Positions 41,631 through 58,100 are shown, counted from the stretch's first letter. The stretch: DNA of 64,000 nt from Blastocystis sp. Blastoise (GCA_039096225.1 JBBPEB010000012.1:1-64000); one strand, 5' to 3'. Numbers and translations: made by a program. Notes: generated from the sequence alone by a model not told the origin.

Positions 41631-43167
41631 GACTCAATTTTAACTAAAATGATCAATAATAATGTACTCTTATGCTTGAAAGATACCTTTTATATGAATA
41701 ATTAATAAATACTTAAAAATATGGTAATCAATAACATATATGAATGATTCATTGAGATAAGCAAAGAATAAAGCTTGCAACTTTTTTGAATATTTTTCCT
41801 GAAAATAAACGAAAATTGAACTATTTTCATATTAATATCCAAGATTCTTTTTCAGTCATTTTCAGGTATTTTTCTTTTGTCTTTTTCAGAAACAACTCAT
41901 TATTCATTATTTCTGCCTTATTATTCATTATTTTTGAAAATAAAAATTCAATATATGCTTATATTCAAGTATTGAATGTATATTTACATTATATTATCAA
42001 AAAAAGTTCTAATTATATTCATTAAATTATCAAAATAGAGTAAATTCTTATCGGCGATATCAAAATAATATGGTTAGATATAGAAAATATCAAATAACTA
42101 AAAATTATTCACTTTTTAATTCAAATTGAGATAGATGATCCTACTTTTATCTTTATCTATTCGTTTGAATGTCTTTAAAAATCAAATTGTGCATCTGTAT
42201 TTATGAAAAAGATAACATTAGATCTGAATTCTTCTATTCTGAAATGAAATCACATAAAAATAATATACTTTCTTCAATAAACTTCTTATTATGTTCAAAA
42301 TTATTGCTACATATGTCTATCAAAGTTACACTCATTTTAAAGCATTAATTAAGCATAAATTATTATATTTTAATTGAACTATATGAGAAATAATATCTTT
42401 TATTTATACTTTTATTAAATAAAATATCATTAAGTGTACTTATTATATATTTAAATATAAATAACATGAAAAAATGAACTAACTATTATTCTTTATATTT
42501 TATTTTTGTTAAAAATTTTCTATAACAATTCATATTAAAGTATTCTTAATACTATTCTATATTTTTATTGTTTCCATTTCTTATATATATATATCCATCA
42601 AATCTATTGACTATTCTATGATTATCAATATGATTTATAAATAAAACTATATTCTTCATATTATCATAATAAAAATGAAACTCTTAACTAGTTGAACTAT
42701 CACTAAATAATTTATTAAGTATTATTCTATTTATAATATAATAATATATTCATTTATTTTACTAGTTGCATATATATATTTACATTCCTATACTATTTAA
42801 TAATATTTTCCTTGATAAATATCATAATAATACATAAGAAAAAAATGTTTTTGACACTAAAAAGTCTCTCATAGTATTTATTATATATATTATAGATAAT
42901 TTTAAGTTTCCTTAGAATAAGTTTTGAATAAACAAGAGAAGTTTTACATAAAAATGTTCTAAAAATATTTTACACTCAATATTATCAATGATTAACTTTT
43001 TAAAACAAAACTCACTCATAATCTTATTAAATAAAAAAAATGGAGAACTATATACTAATATAATAAATATAAAAAAACATAAATAGATAATTAAAAATAT
43101 ATAAACACATAAATACATAAAAGTTTAACATAAAAAATAAATAATTAAAATTTAATAAACTTAAAAA

Positions 43168-46100
43168 TTACATAGATTTCAATACTTGAGTATACTCATT
43201 AATAAGAATATCATCAAACATATCTTCCATTTTCTTTAGGGTATCAAAATTACCTCTATTATTATTAGGGTCTACTAAAAAGTCTTCATCAAATATATAA
43301 TTATTACCTTCAACTCTTCTACCATCAAAAATATTATTATCAATTACTTCTCTTAATTTATTAGCACTTAATAATATATCTTTTCTTTCAATAGGCATAA
43401 AATGTACTTTAACATTACATTTAACAATAGTTTCACAGATCTTATGATATTGTTTATTCAAATCAATTCCTCTAAAGGGATAAACTAATTTACATTCTTT
43501 TACTAAATTATGCATAGGATCTCCACCACATACCAATAATATATGAGTACAGCCAGGGAATTTATCAATTTCTTTTAATGCTTCCAATAAACCACCATTC
43601 ACATCTTTGCAATTTGAACAACAACCTTCACAGAAACCACCACCTGTTTTTGTTTTACTATTTAAAAAGTCATCAGAGAAATCATTTGGTTTACTCATTC
43701 CACTTGAAACAATACGTACGTTATCATCATAATTACTATATTGAACAACTTGATAACGAATAGAAGCATTATTCTTTCCTAAAATTTCATTACGTCTTTT
43801 ATCTAATTTCTTTAATACATTGCCAAAGAATTGTTTTGTACTATCATAATACTGATGTTGATTACCAGATGTGCATATAACAATAGATACAACTAAATTT
43901 GTAGGTGATTTTATATCTCTCCTTTCACATTCTTCTGTCTTTATATCTTGATCTGTAAAAGAAGACATATCTACTTTATTATAATAATCAGGTATTTGTT
44001 CATTACTAAGATCAGCTGCATGAGATTCATTAGTTTCATTCAAATAATCATCAAAATTAAGTGACCAAATAACTGCATTACTTATCCAACGAGCTGTACC
44101 ATCACTTGACCAATCACTATATAACTTACTAGCTGCTGTATCTATTACTATTCTACCATAATTCTGATATGCATCTTTTATCATTACAGCAGCATGACCA
44201 TTTTGTTCTCTTGCAAATGTTTTAAAACCACAATTAACTAATTCATCTTCATCAATATTTGCTAATGTTACACCTTCAAATATTTTATTTAAACCATAAT
44301 TTATAGGTAATCTACATTCTTTATTAAACAAATCTTCACCAATAGGAACAAATTGACCATAACCTGGATCTTTATCATCATCTACTTCATCTATCTTCTT
44401 CTCATAAATCCAACCACGTCCATCGATCTTCTCTTCAGTATCACATAATTCACTTATATGATAAGGACCATCTTCATAATTAAAGAATTTACAAGCTTCA
44501 AAATCTAATGGAGAATTCTCTAACATAAACATAATACCACCACCATGAGCATGGAATATATGTAAACATTTTATAAAACTATTCAAATAATTAAAATCAC
44601 CTTGATGCTCTGGATCTCCTAAAACACCATCACCAGGACTACATGTAATAACTACACTTCTATATTTACCTGATCTTAATCGATCCATAGCATCAAAATA
44701 ATCATATACTATATCTACTCTAAATCCTTTAACTTTTAATTTAGCTACAGGTCCTTTCTTTAAATTATCAACAGTAACATCAGGATCAACTTGATTTCCT
44801 TGTTCATCTATATTATTAGGTCTAGCAGTATATAAAACAACAAATAATACATTAAATTGATCAAAAGCACCATCTCTACCTAAATCATCACTTGAATTAT
44901 CACCATTTTCATCATCATCTACTCCATCACCATTATTATTCTTCTTATTAGAATTCATATTTAAAAACTTAGCACGTCGTTGATATTCACCAAATTCATC
45001 AATAACCTTCTTTATATCTGCTGGATGGAAAACATCATTGAATTTATTTTTTAATAAATTTTCATAATATATAGTATCACACATATAATTACATATAGTA
45101 TTAGGATTAGTAGTAGGTGTATGCATATTCTCTAAAGCAGTAGGAAGTTTATGTATATCACTACACCATATAAAAGAAGGGAAAATATTCTCATAATCTA
45201 CTATACTATATCCAATACCTATTCCTATAAAAGAAGTTTCACTACTTATAATTACATTCTTAATTTCTTTACGAGCTATTTCACAAGAAATACCATCAGT
45301 AAAGACAAATTCCATACTTGAATAAGGACGACTATTACATACAGAAGTAGCTTGTTTTATTACTTGATCAATACATGTAGAAGGAGTAGGAGAAGAGAAA
45401 TGTTGAAATAAAGAAGAAAGAATTGTATATGTCCAAATTTCATAAGATTGTAAACCTGTTCCAATACAATAACATTTATCTTTTGCTATCCATATATCTA
45501 CAGCTGATACAGATAATTCACTTAAACATCGTATAAATAATAATATAGTATGAATTGAATGACGAATATTTAATATATTAAAAGAAGAACATTTACAATC
45601 TATTATTATACTAATAGAATAAGCACGAATCTTACCTCCTGACTTCTTCTTAAATAATTTACCATTACCTGTTTTAGTTATCAAGAAATTAATATAATTT
45701 CTTAAATGAATTGATGTACCTGTAACAGAAGCAATCCAACAAGTAGCTTTATTTGGAGGAATTATAGAATTATTCATAGAATCATATATTAATTCCTTAC
45801 TAATAATACTACTCATTTGATTCAATACTAATGTATTTCCTCCATTAGGAACATGTTCTAAATCTGTTTGAGCAACAGAAGGAAGAATAATAGTTTCTCC
45901 TGTTTTTTGGAATAAACTAACTACATAAGGTATACCATTATGCTTATCAAGTTCTGATAAACGAGATATTGTATTATCCTTTCCATCTTCTTGAGGAATA
46001 GATAATATAGATAATATATCTATTACTTTAGAATTCACACTATTTTGACTTGGATATACTACTTCTAATTTATCTATATTTGATTCAAGTAATTCAGATG

Positions 46101-49100
46101 AATAAAACATATTTAACAATGAATCAGAAAGAGGTTGAGAACATAAAGAATCTATCTTTGAAACATTCATCATATTCTCTTTAAAATTATTCTCTAATAA
46201 ACGATTCATTTCATTCAAAAGTACTTCAGGAAGTCTTTCATCTTGTATTAAGCCATCAGATTGTATATGGAATAAAAATAAATGCTGAAGATTTGTTGTA
46301 AAGAAACTAGTAATTTCTGGTCGTTCACTTAATAATTGTTCAGAATAACCATCAGATAATATAAAGAATGATTGAGTTTTAAGATCTTTGGATGGCTTTT
46401 CAAAAGCAAATAAATCTAATGGTGTTGAAGGTATCTTTTCTACTGTTTCTAAATCATAAATAATAGAAATTTTTTCATATAAATTATCTTTTGTTGGTAT
46501 TAATTTAAATGCTTGTGAACGACCTCCTGTACAATATAGAGAAGTTGGTATACCTAAACAATCACAAATAAGTAATAATAAACAACCTATAGTACTTCTT
46601 AATCTTGATTTATTCACTTTATGACTTACATTCACATCAAATATCAAATTCACTCGAGGAATATATTTATTCTCTCTCTTTTCACTCTTACGTATACTAT
46701 TCACATAATATGATAATATACCTTTATAATTAACCAATATAAAATCTATTAGATTTTGATTTCTATTAATAGCTTCTATATTAATTTGTTTCAAACGATC
46801 TTCATTTGATGATGTTATTTTAACTAAATCTAATATATTCTTTCGAGACATTACATCTTTAAATAAATTAGATAAAGACATAGATCTAAACTCTTGTAAA
46901 ATCTTTTTAATATCATTTCTTTTAATTTCAAATTGTTTACGATCTTCTTCTTGTTTTTGTTGTTCTTCAGGATTTAAATCAGCATCTATAGAAATCACAT
47001 GTGTAGCAGCTGACGCTATATTCTTAGCTTGATGTAAGATATCTTCAATATCATTTGGATTAATATTACCACCACTAATCACAGGATTTGAAGACTTTGG
47101 TTGTGAATCTGATTTAGAATCTGTTACCTTCTTTTCATATTTAAATTCTTTTGTATATCTATTTAAAATATTCTCTATCGAAGGAAAAGATTCATTCATT
47201 TGATAAATAGAATCTTTACAATTAAACCATACTAATTTATATGTATTATTAAATACACATAAACTCTTTTCAGCATAATAATAAATAGTTGAGAAATAAT
47301 TATCTTTATGACTTACTATATACTTTAATAAAGTATATATCTTATTTATATCATCACCATGAGTAGAGTCAAATAAACAATAAGGAGATTGTTGAATAGC
47401 ATTTACATATTGAACAATATCATTATTACATAAATTATCTAATAATGAACTACAAGTAGATTCTAATTGAATACTTTGGGTTATTCTATTATCTTCTGCT
47501 TTTGGTTCTTCAAATATATTTATAATACCATTAGAATCAATGTAAAACTCATTATATCGACAATTTATATTCATATTATAACGAATTAGATATTTAGTAT
47601 TAAATACATATCTATTATCTTTATTTCCTGAACGATAATAATATGGTTTACCATTCATAATAAACGATATACTTGAACCAGCTACATTAAAGAACTTTGA
47701 TCCATCTTTATAACATTCACAAGAACAATTCTCTTTTGTATATAAATATGAAATTTGACGTTCTACTGGAGCAATACAATTAATAACCGTATCTTTATGT
47801 TGTTTGCTTCCATTTTTTTGATCTATATATTGAACACGTAATACTAATGTGAACTCAAGTTTATCTTTTTTATCTATATCATATTCATCAGAAAATTGTA
47901 TTTTTATTCCAGAAGAAACATTTTCAATAAGAATAGAACTATCATTACATTTACATATATATTCATATTTCATAGGATTTAGTATAGGTATTAATAATGT
48001 TGGTTTATTATATGAATAAACATAAGTAGGTAAACGTAAAATATTATTATTATTCTCACTAGCTACAATTATTTGAGGAATAGATCTTAAAGATAATATA
48101 TTAATACAATTCTCAAATTTTGGACTCTTTGTATATTTTAAGTAGTTCTCAGATCCTTCATCAATATTATATCGATCTACAAATACACGAGAACTTAATA
48201 AATGCTTATTTGTAGCATTAATAGTTTCTTCTATTGTTTTAAGTTCTTTTTCTATTCCAAGCTTAGTTTTATATTTCGCATCATATTCCTTTACAATATT
48301 ATTAATACGAATACTTATGTCTCGAAGATTCTTTACATACCTATCATCATTACTTAAATTAGGTACAGTATATATTTTTAATGCATTTATTTCATCTGCA
48401 TCTGTATAATATAAATCTTCTTTATTATAATGCTTACCTTCATCAGAATTCAAATAAGAATAATCATTAGCTTGAGGTTCAGGGTCCATCGAATAGCAAG
48501 GTATTTCTACAGATTTACAATCAGATTTAAAGTAAAAAGGCAATGTACAACAAGAAGAAGCAAAAGAAATAGCATAACGATCATTAATATCATTAGTTGT
48601 ATCATATTTATATAGCAGAATAGTATTTTCTTTTCGTTTACTAAAATCAGAATTAGATTGATCATGATAAAATAATGTTTTTTCAATAACAGAAAATTGT
48701 TCGATTCTAAATGATCTAGAAATATTATATAATATCTTTTTTTCTTTCATTATATTACATAAAGCATCTAAGAGATAATTACATAATAATAATTGTTCAT
48801 CTTCGAAAGAATCATGTCTAAATAAGTCAGGAAGACTAACATAACGATAATGAATATTTACACATTTCTCAATTTTATTTCTATTAATAATAACATCATA
48901 AGTAGAAAAAGGAAGAGGAATAAATGAAGAATACATAGTCTTCTTTGATAATGGTTTTGATTCAATTTTAAGCGAATGATATTTAAAAGTAATTGGTGCA
49001 GGTTCTCCTTGATTATTAACTAATTGGAACTCAATAGGAATATCTCTACAAGTAGAAGGATATGTAATAAAAGCTACTTTAATAAATTGATTAGAAATAG

Positions 49101-52100
49101 GCTTTTCCTTTAAGAAATAACGAGATGAACGACTATCAATTAATTCTTGAACATTTTCTTGTAATTCTTTTGGTATGAAATAACGTATAGTATTAATAGA
49201 ATTAATAAATGCATTCCAACTATAATGATATAATTGTGTTACATACCATGATCGCATACTCTGTTTCTTCAAAATAAATTCTTTATTAATATCATAATTC
49301 TTATTAATTTCTATTAAAACTAAAGGAATATTACTATTAAATTGATTTACATTTTGATCATATTGAGATTTCAAATCAGCACATTCAACATCTATATTTT
49401 GTAATTTTTTATTTATTTCATTATTATTAGCATATAAAGTATCTAATTTGCCAGTTTTTTGTTCTAATTGTTCTATTTTATTAAATATATCATTAATTGA
49501 AGTTTTTCCTGAATCAGACATACTTTCAATAGCATCTTTAGCAAATTGTGAATAGGAACTACGAACAAGAATTTCAATTAATAATGTAGACACAGGTGTA
49601 TAGAATGCAGGGAATAATAATTGATATTTATCACGAATATTTAATTTAGAATCAATAATATATTGATCAAACGGTTCTATCTTTTTATTAATCATATTTT
49701 TTAATATTCCATAATAAATGCGTAAATCATTTGATGGAATTATCATATTATGCTGATGATGATGATGCAAGAATCGAATATAATTATTTTTATTAATAGT
49801 ACACTTATCATTTATATCTAATTCACATTGAATACTATAATCTTTTGGTAATGATTTAATAGAATTAAAACAATCAATATTCAATAAATCATTTTTAGAA
49901 GGATCAATATAATTTAATAATTCATATGGATAAGATAATATAAGAACAGGATAATAATCATAAAGTTGAACTTGTATACTCATTGTACTAAATAATGTTT
50001 TAAATAGTTCTTCAATTGTTGATATATCTGATATTTTTGTATTCATAATACCATATAAACCATAATGACAACAATTCAATAATGCAATGCGTAATTGTTC
50101 AACCTTGACTTCTTTATGAATATATAAATCCTTTGTATGAATTATTTCTAATAATTGTGGAGATAAAATAATATATTGTGCATAACCACAATATATATTC
50201 ATAAAGAAATTAATAATTATTTTAATATCTTTAATGCAATCAGTAATAAATAATATATTCTTAGCAATATCTTCAATCTTCATATTTATATAAGGTAATA
50301 TTTCAGGTGTATTCATAAGAATAGGAACAGGATTCAATTTTGCTCTATTCATAGCTACCATAAAATGACTTAATCGTATATATTCCTTATAATAATTCAT
50401 TGTAATTCTCTTATAGTCTACAGGTATATCTATTGATTTCTCAGTATTCATTAATAAATCTCTTTTCTTTTCTAAATCAGGATCATCTTTTGAAATAGAT
50501 TGTTTAATTGATTCTTTTATACTTTTTGGTACACTATTAATAACATCATCAAATAAAGAATCACCTGTATCCATATATGAATTTTTTATCCTACGAATCT
50601 CTTCAAATTTGTTGTGAACTTTTTCTATTTCTTCATCTAATTCTTTAAATATAGGTAAATATTTTTTAATTTCATTTTGTTGAATAAAAAGATTATTATT
50701 AACTCGAAGAGAGACCTCGAATCGTTTACTTGTTGTTGAATTATCTTTAGTAACCTCTTGATAATAACCATCTAATTCTTCACATTTATTCTTTATATCA
50801 AATAATACTTTTAAAAATAAATCTATATTTTCATCAGCAACTTCTTCAAGCTTTGAATCTAAAGCTTCTAAAACATTATGAAATTCTTGAAAAGATATTG
50901 TAGAAAGAAAACTATCATATTTACCAGTAACATAAGCAAAATAAAAACGATCCATCTCATTAGATATTCTAAAATATTTAAATGGGTTAGAAGAAGAAGA
51001 ATATGTATTTATGGTTTCATCAATAGGTATCGACATAATTGGCTCATAATATTTATCACTAAATTTTGACCACCTTAATAAATATTTATATTCTTTTTGA
51101 TCTTCAGATAACATACAAGAAGTCAAACCACGTTTTGCAGATAAACGCTCACATATATAATTAAGTGGATAACATAATATACTACGTATCCATAATCGTA
51201 AAGAATTCTTTATTATTTGTATATCTTCATTTGAAAAGATTTGAATATTTTGTTTAAGACATTCTACAATCAATGGACCAAATTTCTTTTCATTCTCAGG
51301 AGTATATCTATGTTGAATCATATTAATAAAATCATTTTTAAATTCATTATCCATTTCTATATTCTTAAGTTGTCTATCTCTTGGATTATATTGTAAAGAA
51401 TTTGAAAATTCTATTGCGTTAATAGCTTCAATAGATTCATCTGAATTTAATATACGAATTAATTTTCTTGTTGATAATCCTTTTATTTCACTATTATTAT
51501 TATTATCTATACTTTTAGGAATATAATCACCAATTGGTTTATTAAAATTATTTTTTAAATCACATAATTCACATATATTTTTATATGTAGATAATGATTC
51601 TGCATATAATAATATACATCTACTTTGAAGAGGTGCAGGTACAGATACAATAGAATTTGATGATAATGTTAATATAATACGGAAATCAGGATGTATAGGT
51701 ATAATACATTCATTATTACTATCAGAATCTTCAGAATCTGATTTAACTTTATATAATAAAGGATTTATTATATTTTCAATAACATTTAATGTAGGTTGTT
51801 CTTCTAAAAGTGAATTCAAACGTTCTAAAACATCTCCTGAAGCTAATTGAATACCATCAATATTAATCCAATAACCTTTTTCCATAGCTGTTAATAAAGG
51901 TCCTTTTCGGAAGACTAAAATACTATTCTTATTATTATTATTTATATTATTAATATCTTCTTCTGGATTACGAGGTTCCATTCTACCAATAAGAACTGAT
52001 GAATTACTTTCATTATTAAGAGGAACAACAAGTAATTGTTTACCCATTATTTTAGCCATATTTGTAAGTACATGTGTTTTTCCTGAAGGAGATGGACCAT

Positions 52101-55100
52101 AAATTAATATACCTCGTTTACTAGAATAAGCAATAGATAATTGATATAATAATCTCATTTCTGAATTTGTTAAAGATAAAAGAGATGGAGATCTATCAAT
52201 ACATTCTATAGAAGTCACAAATGTACTTTGTAATTGTAAATAACTTTTATTAGTATATGAATCTACATAATAAGAACGTTGAATAATATCTGATAAATAT
52301 AAACCAAGTGATTTCTCAAGAGACTCACGATCTTCAGGTAAATATTTACATACAATCGTAAGCCATAAAGCAGCTTCTACAGGAATAGAATAATTCACGT
52401 GCCTAGATTGATCTATTAAGTATTTTCCTTTTAAAACATCACGTAATGAGAAATTGACACGTGTCTGAGTACTACTGTAAATAGCATTAGCAATCAGTGC
52501 CTTTATACGTTCTTTTAGATTCTCTTTATATGCTTCCGTAGCAGTAAAAGAATTATCAGATGTTATATTGTTAGAAACACATTCATTAAGAATAATACCA
52601 CTTAGTCTTGTCAATTCAAATACTTCAAATTCTATATTACGGAAATAAAAACTCTTATCAATAATAGATTTAGGTAAAACACCACGACTATTCGACATAA
52701 CAGCAGGATTCTCACAGATAACTATCAATAATCGTGGTAATCTCTCAATTGTTATATTACCTGGGATATAAAAACTACTTCTTTTACTAGCTTGTGTAAT
52801 TAAAGTAGATATAGTATCTAATAATTCAGGAGAAGCAAGATTTAATTCATCTAATAATAATCCTATTGTATATTCACCCCTATATAATTTATAATTCTTA
52901 TCATTATTTTTATATTTATCAATAACATTTGAATCATTAGGATCAAAAATATAACTACCTTTATCATCCATAACTCTATACTTATCTTTACCTTTTAATA
53001 AGAAACTTAATTCACTATCTTTAAATTGAATACCACCATTAGAAGTAGGAGATACAGAACCAAATACATTTCCAATATCTATATTTTGAGCAAAATTCTG
53101 ACGAATATAAGGAATATTTAATAATTCAAATATACGAATAGCTAAATAGGACTTACCAATACCTGGTGCTCCTTCTAATATAATAGGATAATAATCAATA
53201 TCTGATTTATTCGGTTTAGGATCTCCTGTATTCTTTGTTAATAAAATAGATATTAATATATGTAAAGTAGTAAGAGATTCCGTTAATGGCTGACCAGGAA
53301 GCTGTTTTATACAGTCAAGTGTTTGGATACAAATACCAGAACCATTTCTAAAGACTTTTTCTAAATATTTAGTTGGGTTTTCATCGGATTTAATATCCTC
53401 TGAATAAGTAAATAATTTGTTAATAGAATCACTATATTGACATGAGTTCATTAATTGAATACGTTCTTCTTTTGTCCCTGAAATATATTTTAAATAGAAA
53501 TAAGCATCTTGATAAGAATTCTTAAAGAATGGAGCAAGAGCATCAATTTTCTTTAAGAATATTAAAGATTCTTTTGCAAATATAGAATCAACTTGAGAGA
53601 TCCACGGAATAATCTTCATCTTTTCAGATAAATTATAATCAGAACAAGGTAAATAAATAAAATAATTACGAAGAGCAGTTTTAGTAAAGTTTTCTTCTTC
53701 AACAGTAGCAACAAATCGACAATTCTGAAGATTTACTTGATATCCACTATCAGATTCATGTAATAAGAAAGAATAGCCACTTAAATAACTATCAAATAAA
53801 GAACTTAATCGAGGAATAACATTATCATTCAATAATTCAAAATGTTTTAATAATAAAGCTTTCTCTTTAAATATACCTAAAGTAATTTGACCAGGTTTAA
53901 AAATCATACTTGTATCTGATTTTTCTGATAAACATCGTTCAATATCTTTAATCCAGTCTTTTAATGCTATATACTTATCATCTCCTGAATGAATATCAAT
54001 ATTTAATTTTGTAATTTCTGCTTTTATTCTTTCATGTAATGATTGAATATCTGTCTTACTACAAACAGTAGATAATCCAGTTAAATAATCACATTCGAAA
54101 GATCTTGATAATTCAATAGTACTAATGTTACTCTGTAGTATATCAATAAATTGATCTTTTGATTCAGATCCACCAATAAGAATAGGAGGAATTGTACTTA
54201 AACTTTGAAGAATAAGGAGACGGAATAAAGAAGAAATACACCAATGATAAGTAGATAAATTAATAGTATCAGGATAATATACTTGTAAAATAGAATTTGT
54301 TATTGTATTTTGTTTTGTTCCTTGAACAATTTCATAATTTACAAATTTCTTAATTTTATCTTTCATTTTTTCAATTTCAATATCTGAAGGTTTATAATCA
54401 TCATTATGTGTTTTTAAACAATGAGTAGCAATAGCAATTAAAAATGGAGAATTCATATGTAGAAAAGAAGAAGGTTGATATAAGCATACGATACCAGCCA
54501 TATATTCATTAGATTGATCAAAAGAGACATTACGACAATAACGTTGATAGATTTCATAATATATTAATAATTGTTGAATGGAAATAGATTCATAACGATA
54601 TAATCGACATAAAAGAGGATGATGAAGAATTAATTCTATTTCTGATTGTGTATATAAATCTACATATACTCTTTGAATATAAGAAGGTAAATCATGATGA
54701 ATCTTATTTTGTTGATAAGATTTAAATACATATATTAATCTGAAATTACTAGAAATATGATATTCTTTACCTAAATAAACAACAGATGTTGCTAAAGGAT
54801 CAATAAATTGTTGAATAGATTCAATTAATTCTTCAGATAAATAATGAGCATTCTCTAATATTAATATAGTTCCTTTTTCTAAAGCTTCTAATAAAGGTCC
54901 TCGTTTAAATCCTGTACCTTGAGAAACTGATTCTTTTGAAGAACTTGAAGAAAATGTATAACTACCTATTAATTGACTTATATCTGTATCTGGAGTTAAG
55001 AAAACTGTTTTATAACGTTTTATTAATCCAGTATTCTTTAGTACATTCAAAAGAAGATGTGTTTTACCTGTAGATTCTAATCCAATTAAACTAGTTGTTC

Positions 55101-58100
55101 TATGTTCACAAATAGAACTAAATAATTCATTACATTTATCACAACGAGTAGAAGGAACATATTGATCTAATATTGATAAATGTTTACCTTCTGAAGTACA
55201 ATAATCTTTAATTAATTGTACTTTCTGTTCAAATGATAATTCACACATTTCATATATGAAATCTAAACTAATATAATATTTCTTCTTATTAAAAAAGTTA
55301 GATTGAGAATCGATGAATTGTTTCATATTTATATATAAATTCTTTTCATTTTCATCATTTATATTCTGAATTACACTTGTAGAAATCTTATTAAAATAAT
55401 CTTTTGGCTCTTTATATAATTTATAACATTTTTCATTAAGCATATCATCACTAATACGTAAATGTATATATCGGTTATTAAGAGCAGGAGAGAAATGATT
55501 AAGATCATTAACAGAACAAGTAGCAATAATACGGAATAATGGATCTACAATAAGATCTCCATTACATTGTCGTTCATCAAAACGAACACTAATAGGCTCA
55601 ATATTATTATTACTAGCATCTAATGTATGATATTCTACTTCTAATAAATTATTTAATCTTTCAAGAGAATTAGAATTCATTAATCCTATATTTTGTATAA
55701 CACATATATTACCTTCATCAGCAGCTTTTAATAATTCTGAATCTACCCATTGAGGTATATATTCATGACTCTTAATATCTTCTTCTAATTTAGAAGAACC
55801 TATTAAATTCTCAGCTGTAATACCTTTAGAACAATATAAAGTTCTATATACACTAGAATAATGTAATTTAATACCATTCTTCTTTTTATTGATTTGACCA
55901 TATATTTGTTGACGATGATATAAGAATGCATATACATATTTACGAGCAACATATTCATCAGAAGCACATACTATTACATGACTACCACTATTTAAAGCAA
56001 TATCTAATTGTTTACCTATATATTGGAATACAATAGGATCTAAAGGTTCACCAGGATAATCTAAGCCTCTTTCAGCATCACTGAATCCATCTGAATTCTT
56101 TGATCTTGTAGATTGATCGTTTTGAAGAAGTTGTTCCATTAATTGTTTACGATTAAATCCTTGTGTATAATGAGTATTATATACTATTGGCCATATATCT
56201 TGAGAGTTTTCTTTTAATTTCATCATAGAAATAGCTCTATTAGCATCTCGAATAGTATAAAATTTATTAGCAATTCGTTTTGTGGCATCAAGAACGGCTT
56301 CATTATGTATTTGCAATAATTGACTTTCAAACTCATGATTTCGAATATTCTTTTTCTCAATAAATTGTTGAATTTCTTTTTGAGAAATAGGAGGAAATAA
56401 TTCTTCATTTAATACTCTGAAGTAATCACGAATATCTGTATTTAATGTATTTCGTTTATATATAGATCCAGCAGGATTTTGTGTAGCTATAAGACGGAAA
56501 TTGGGGTTCATTTCTCTTATTTCATATTGTCCCATCTTATCAATAAAGATTTGTTTAGAATCTAAGAAAGATAAGATTGATTGAACAATAGATTGAGGAG
56601 CTAAAGACATTTCATCTAATAATAATATACCACCATGAATAAATGCTTCTGTGAATGCACCAGATTTAAAGACAAAAGTACTATGTTTATTATTTGTTTG
56701 TAAAGTAATATCACCAATTAAATCTTCAGGAGAAGAAGTAGGAGAGAAATTATAACGAATAACACGAATACCACTTCTTTTACTTACATATTCTACACTA
56801 TAAGTTTTACCACTAGATGTTTCTCCTTCAATTAATAATGGAATATTATGTTGAATAGCTTGTTCAATATGATAAACACGTTGTTCAGCTTCAGGAGTTG
56901 AAATAAATGTATTCTTTCGACTCATAAGATTAATAGACCGATAAGGATATATAGTATAAGATTGACCTTTTATATTATAATTTAATGTATTCTCTATGGA
57001 ATGAACAATTACATAATCAGCAGTAATTCTTAATCTACCTACTCCTTCTATATATACACTTAATCCTTTATAATGAGGTTCTTTCTTTCCATCTTGATCA
57101 CGATTATAATTAACAGGATCGTTAGGACGAATACAGAAGAAATTAATAGTTTTATTACCAAGACGATTCATATCTAATTCTATATTTTTAAGTAAAGGAA
57201 GATAGAAATAAACTTCATTTTCAGTTGATTGATAACTAAAATTTACATAATCACCAAGAGATAATGTATCTAATCCATTATATAAAGCACAAGGAAGAGA
57301 TAGAATAGAAGTACGTTTATCATTATTTCTAGTTGATGGTTTCTCATGTAATGTATGTAATATAAGGTTATTAGGAGTAATAAGTGCAGGAGATCGAGTA
57401 TTCATACTAAAAGCAAGGTAGCAAGGTGCATAAGGGGTATATCCATAAGGAGAAGGAGGATTCACTTTAGTAGAGAAATAGGAAGAAGGATCTGCAGGAC
57501 GATGAGGTATAGTGTTATCTATATATATAGATATATAGTGAGTAATAATTTGAATAATAAAAATTATATAACATTAATTAATTATATATATATTTATATA
57601 TACGAAGTTTATATTCTTGATCTTCAAAAGACTCTAGATAAGATTCATCATATATTAATTTATTTCCATTAAACTATATAGATAATATATAATATTATAT
57701 ATATATATTTATAGAGAATAAACATACTGAGAAACGTTGTAATTCTTCACGACTAGCATTATAATTAATATATCCTTTATATAAATAAGCAAAGAATCGC
57801 GGATATTCTTGACTTTTCATATTCAGTTCGTCACAATAAATTGTAAAGCTCTGTAATGATATAAGTTTAGTATAAAGTTCAGGAAGACGGAAAAATTCAG
57901 ATAATTCGTTCTTATAATAAGAAACTATATATATAGATATATAAAGATATATAAAGATATATATACCTTGTAGACCCATTCTAAAAGGAATAATACCCAA
58001 AGAATTATTTTTAAAGGAACAAGTATATTCAAGACTATTCGTAGAACGATCTATATATATATATATATTATATTTATATTTATTTTCTTTATTTTTTGTT

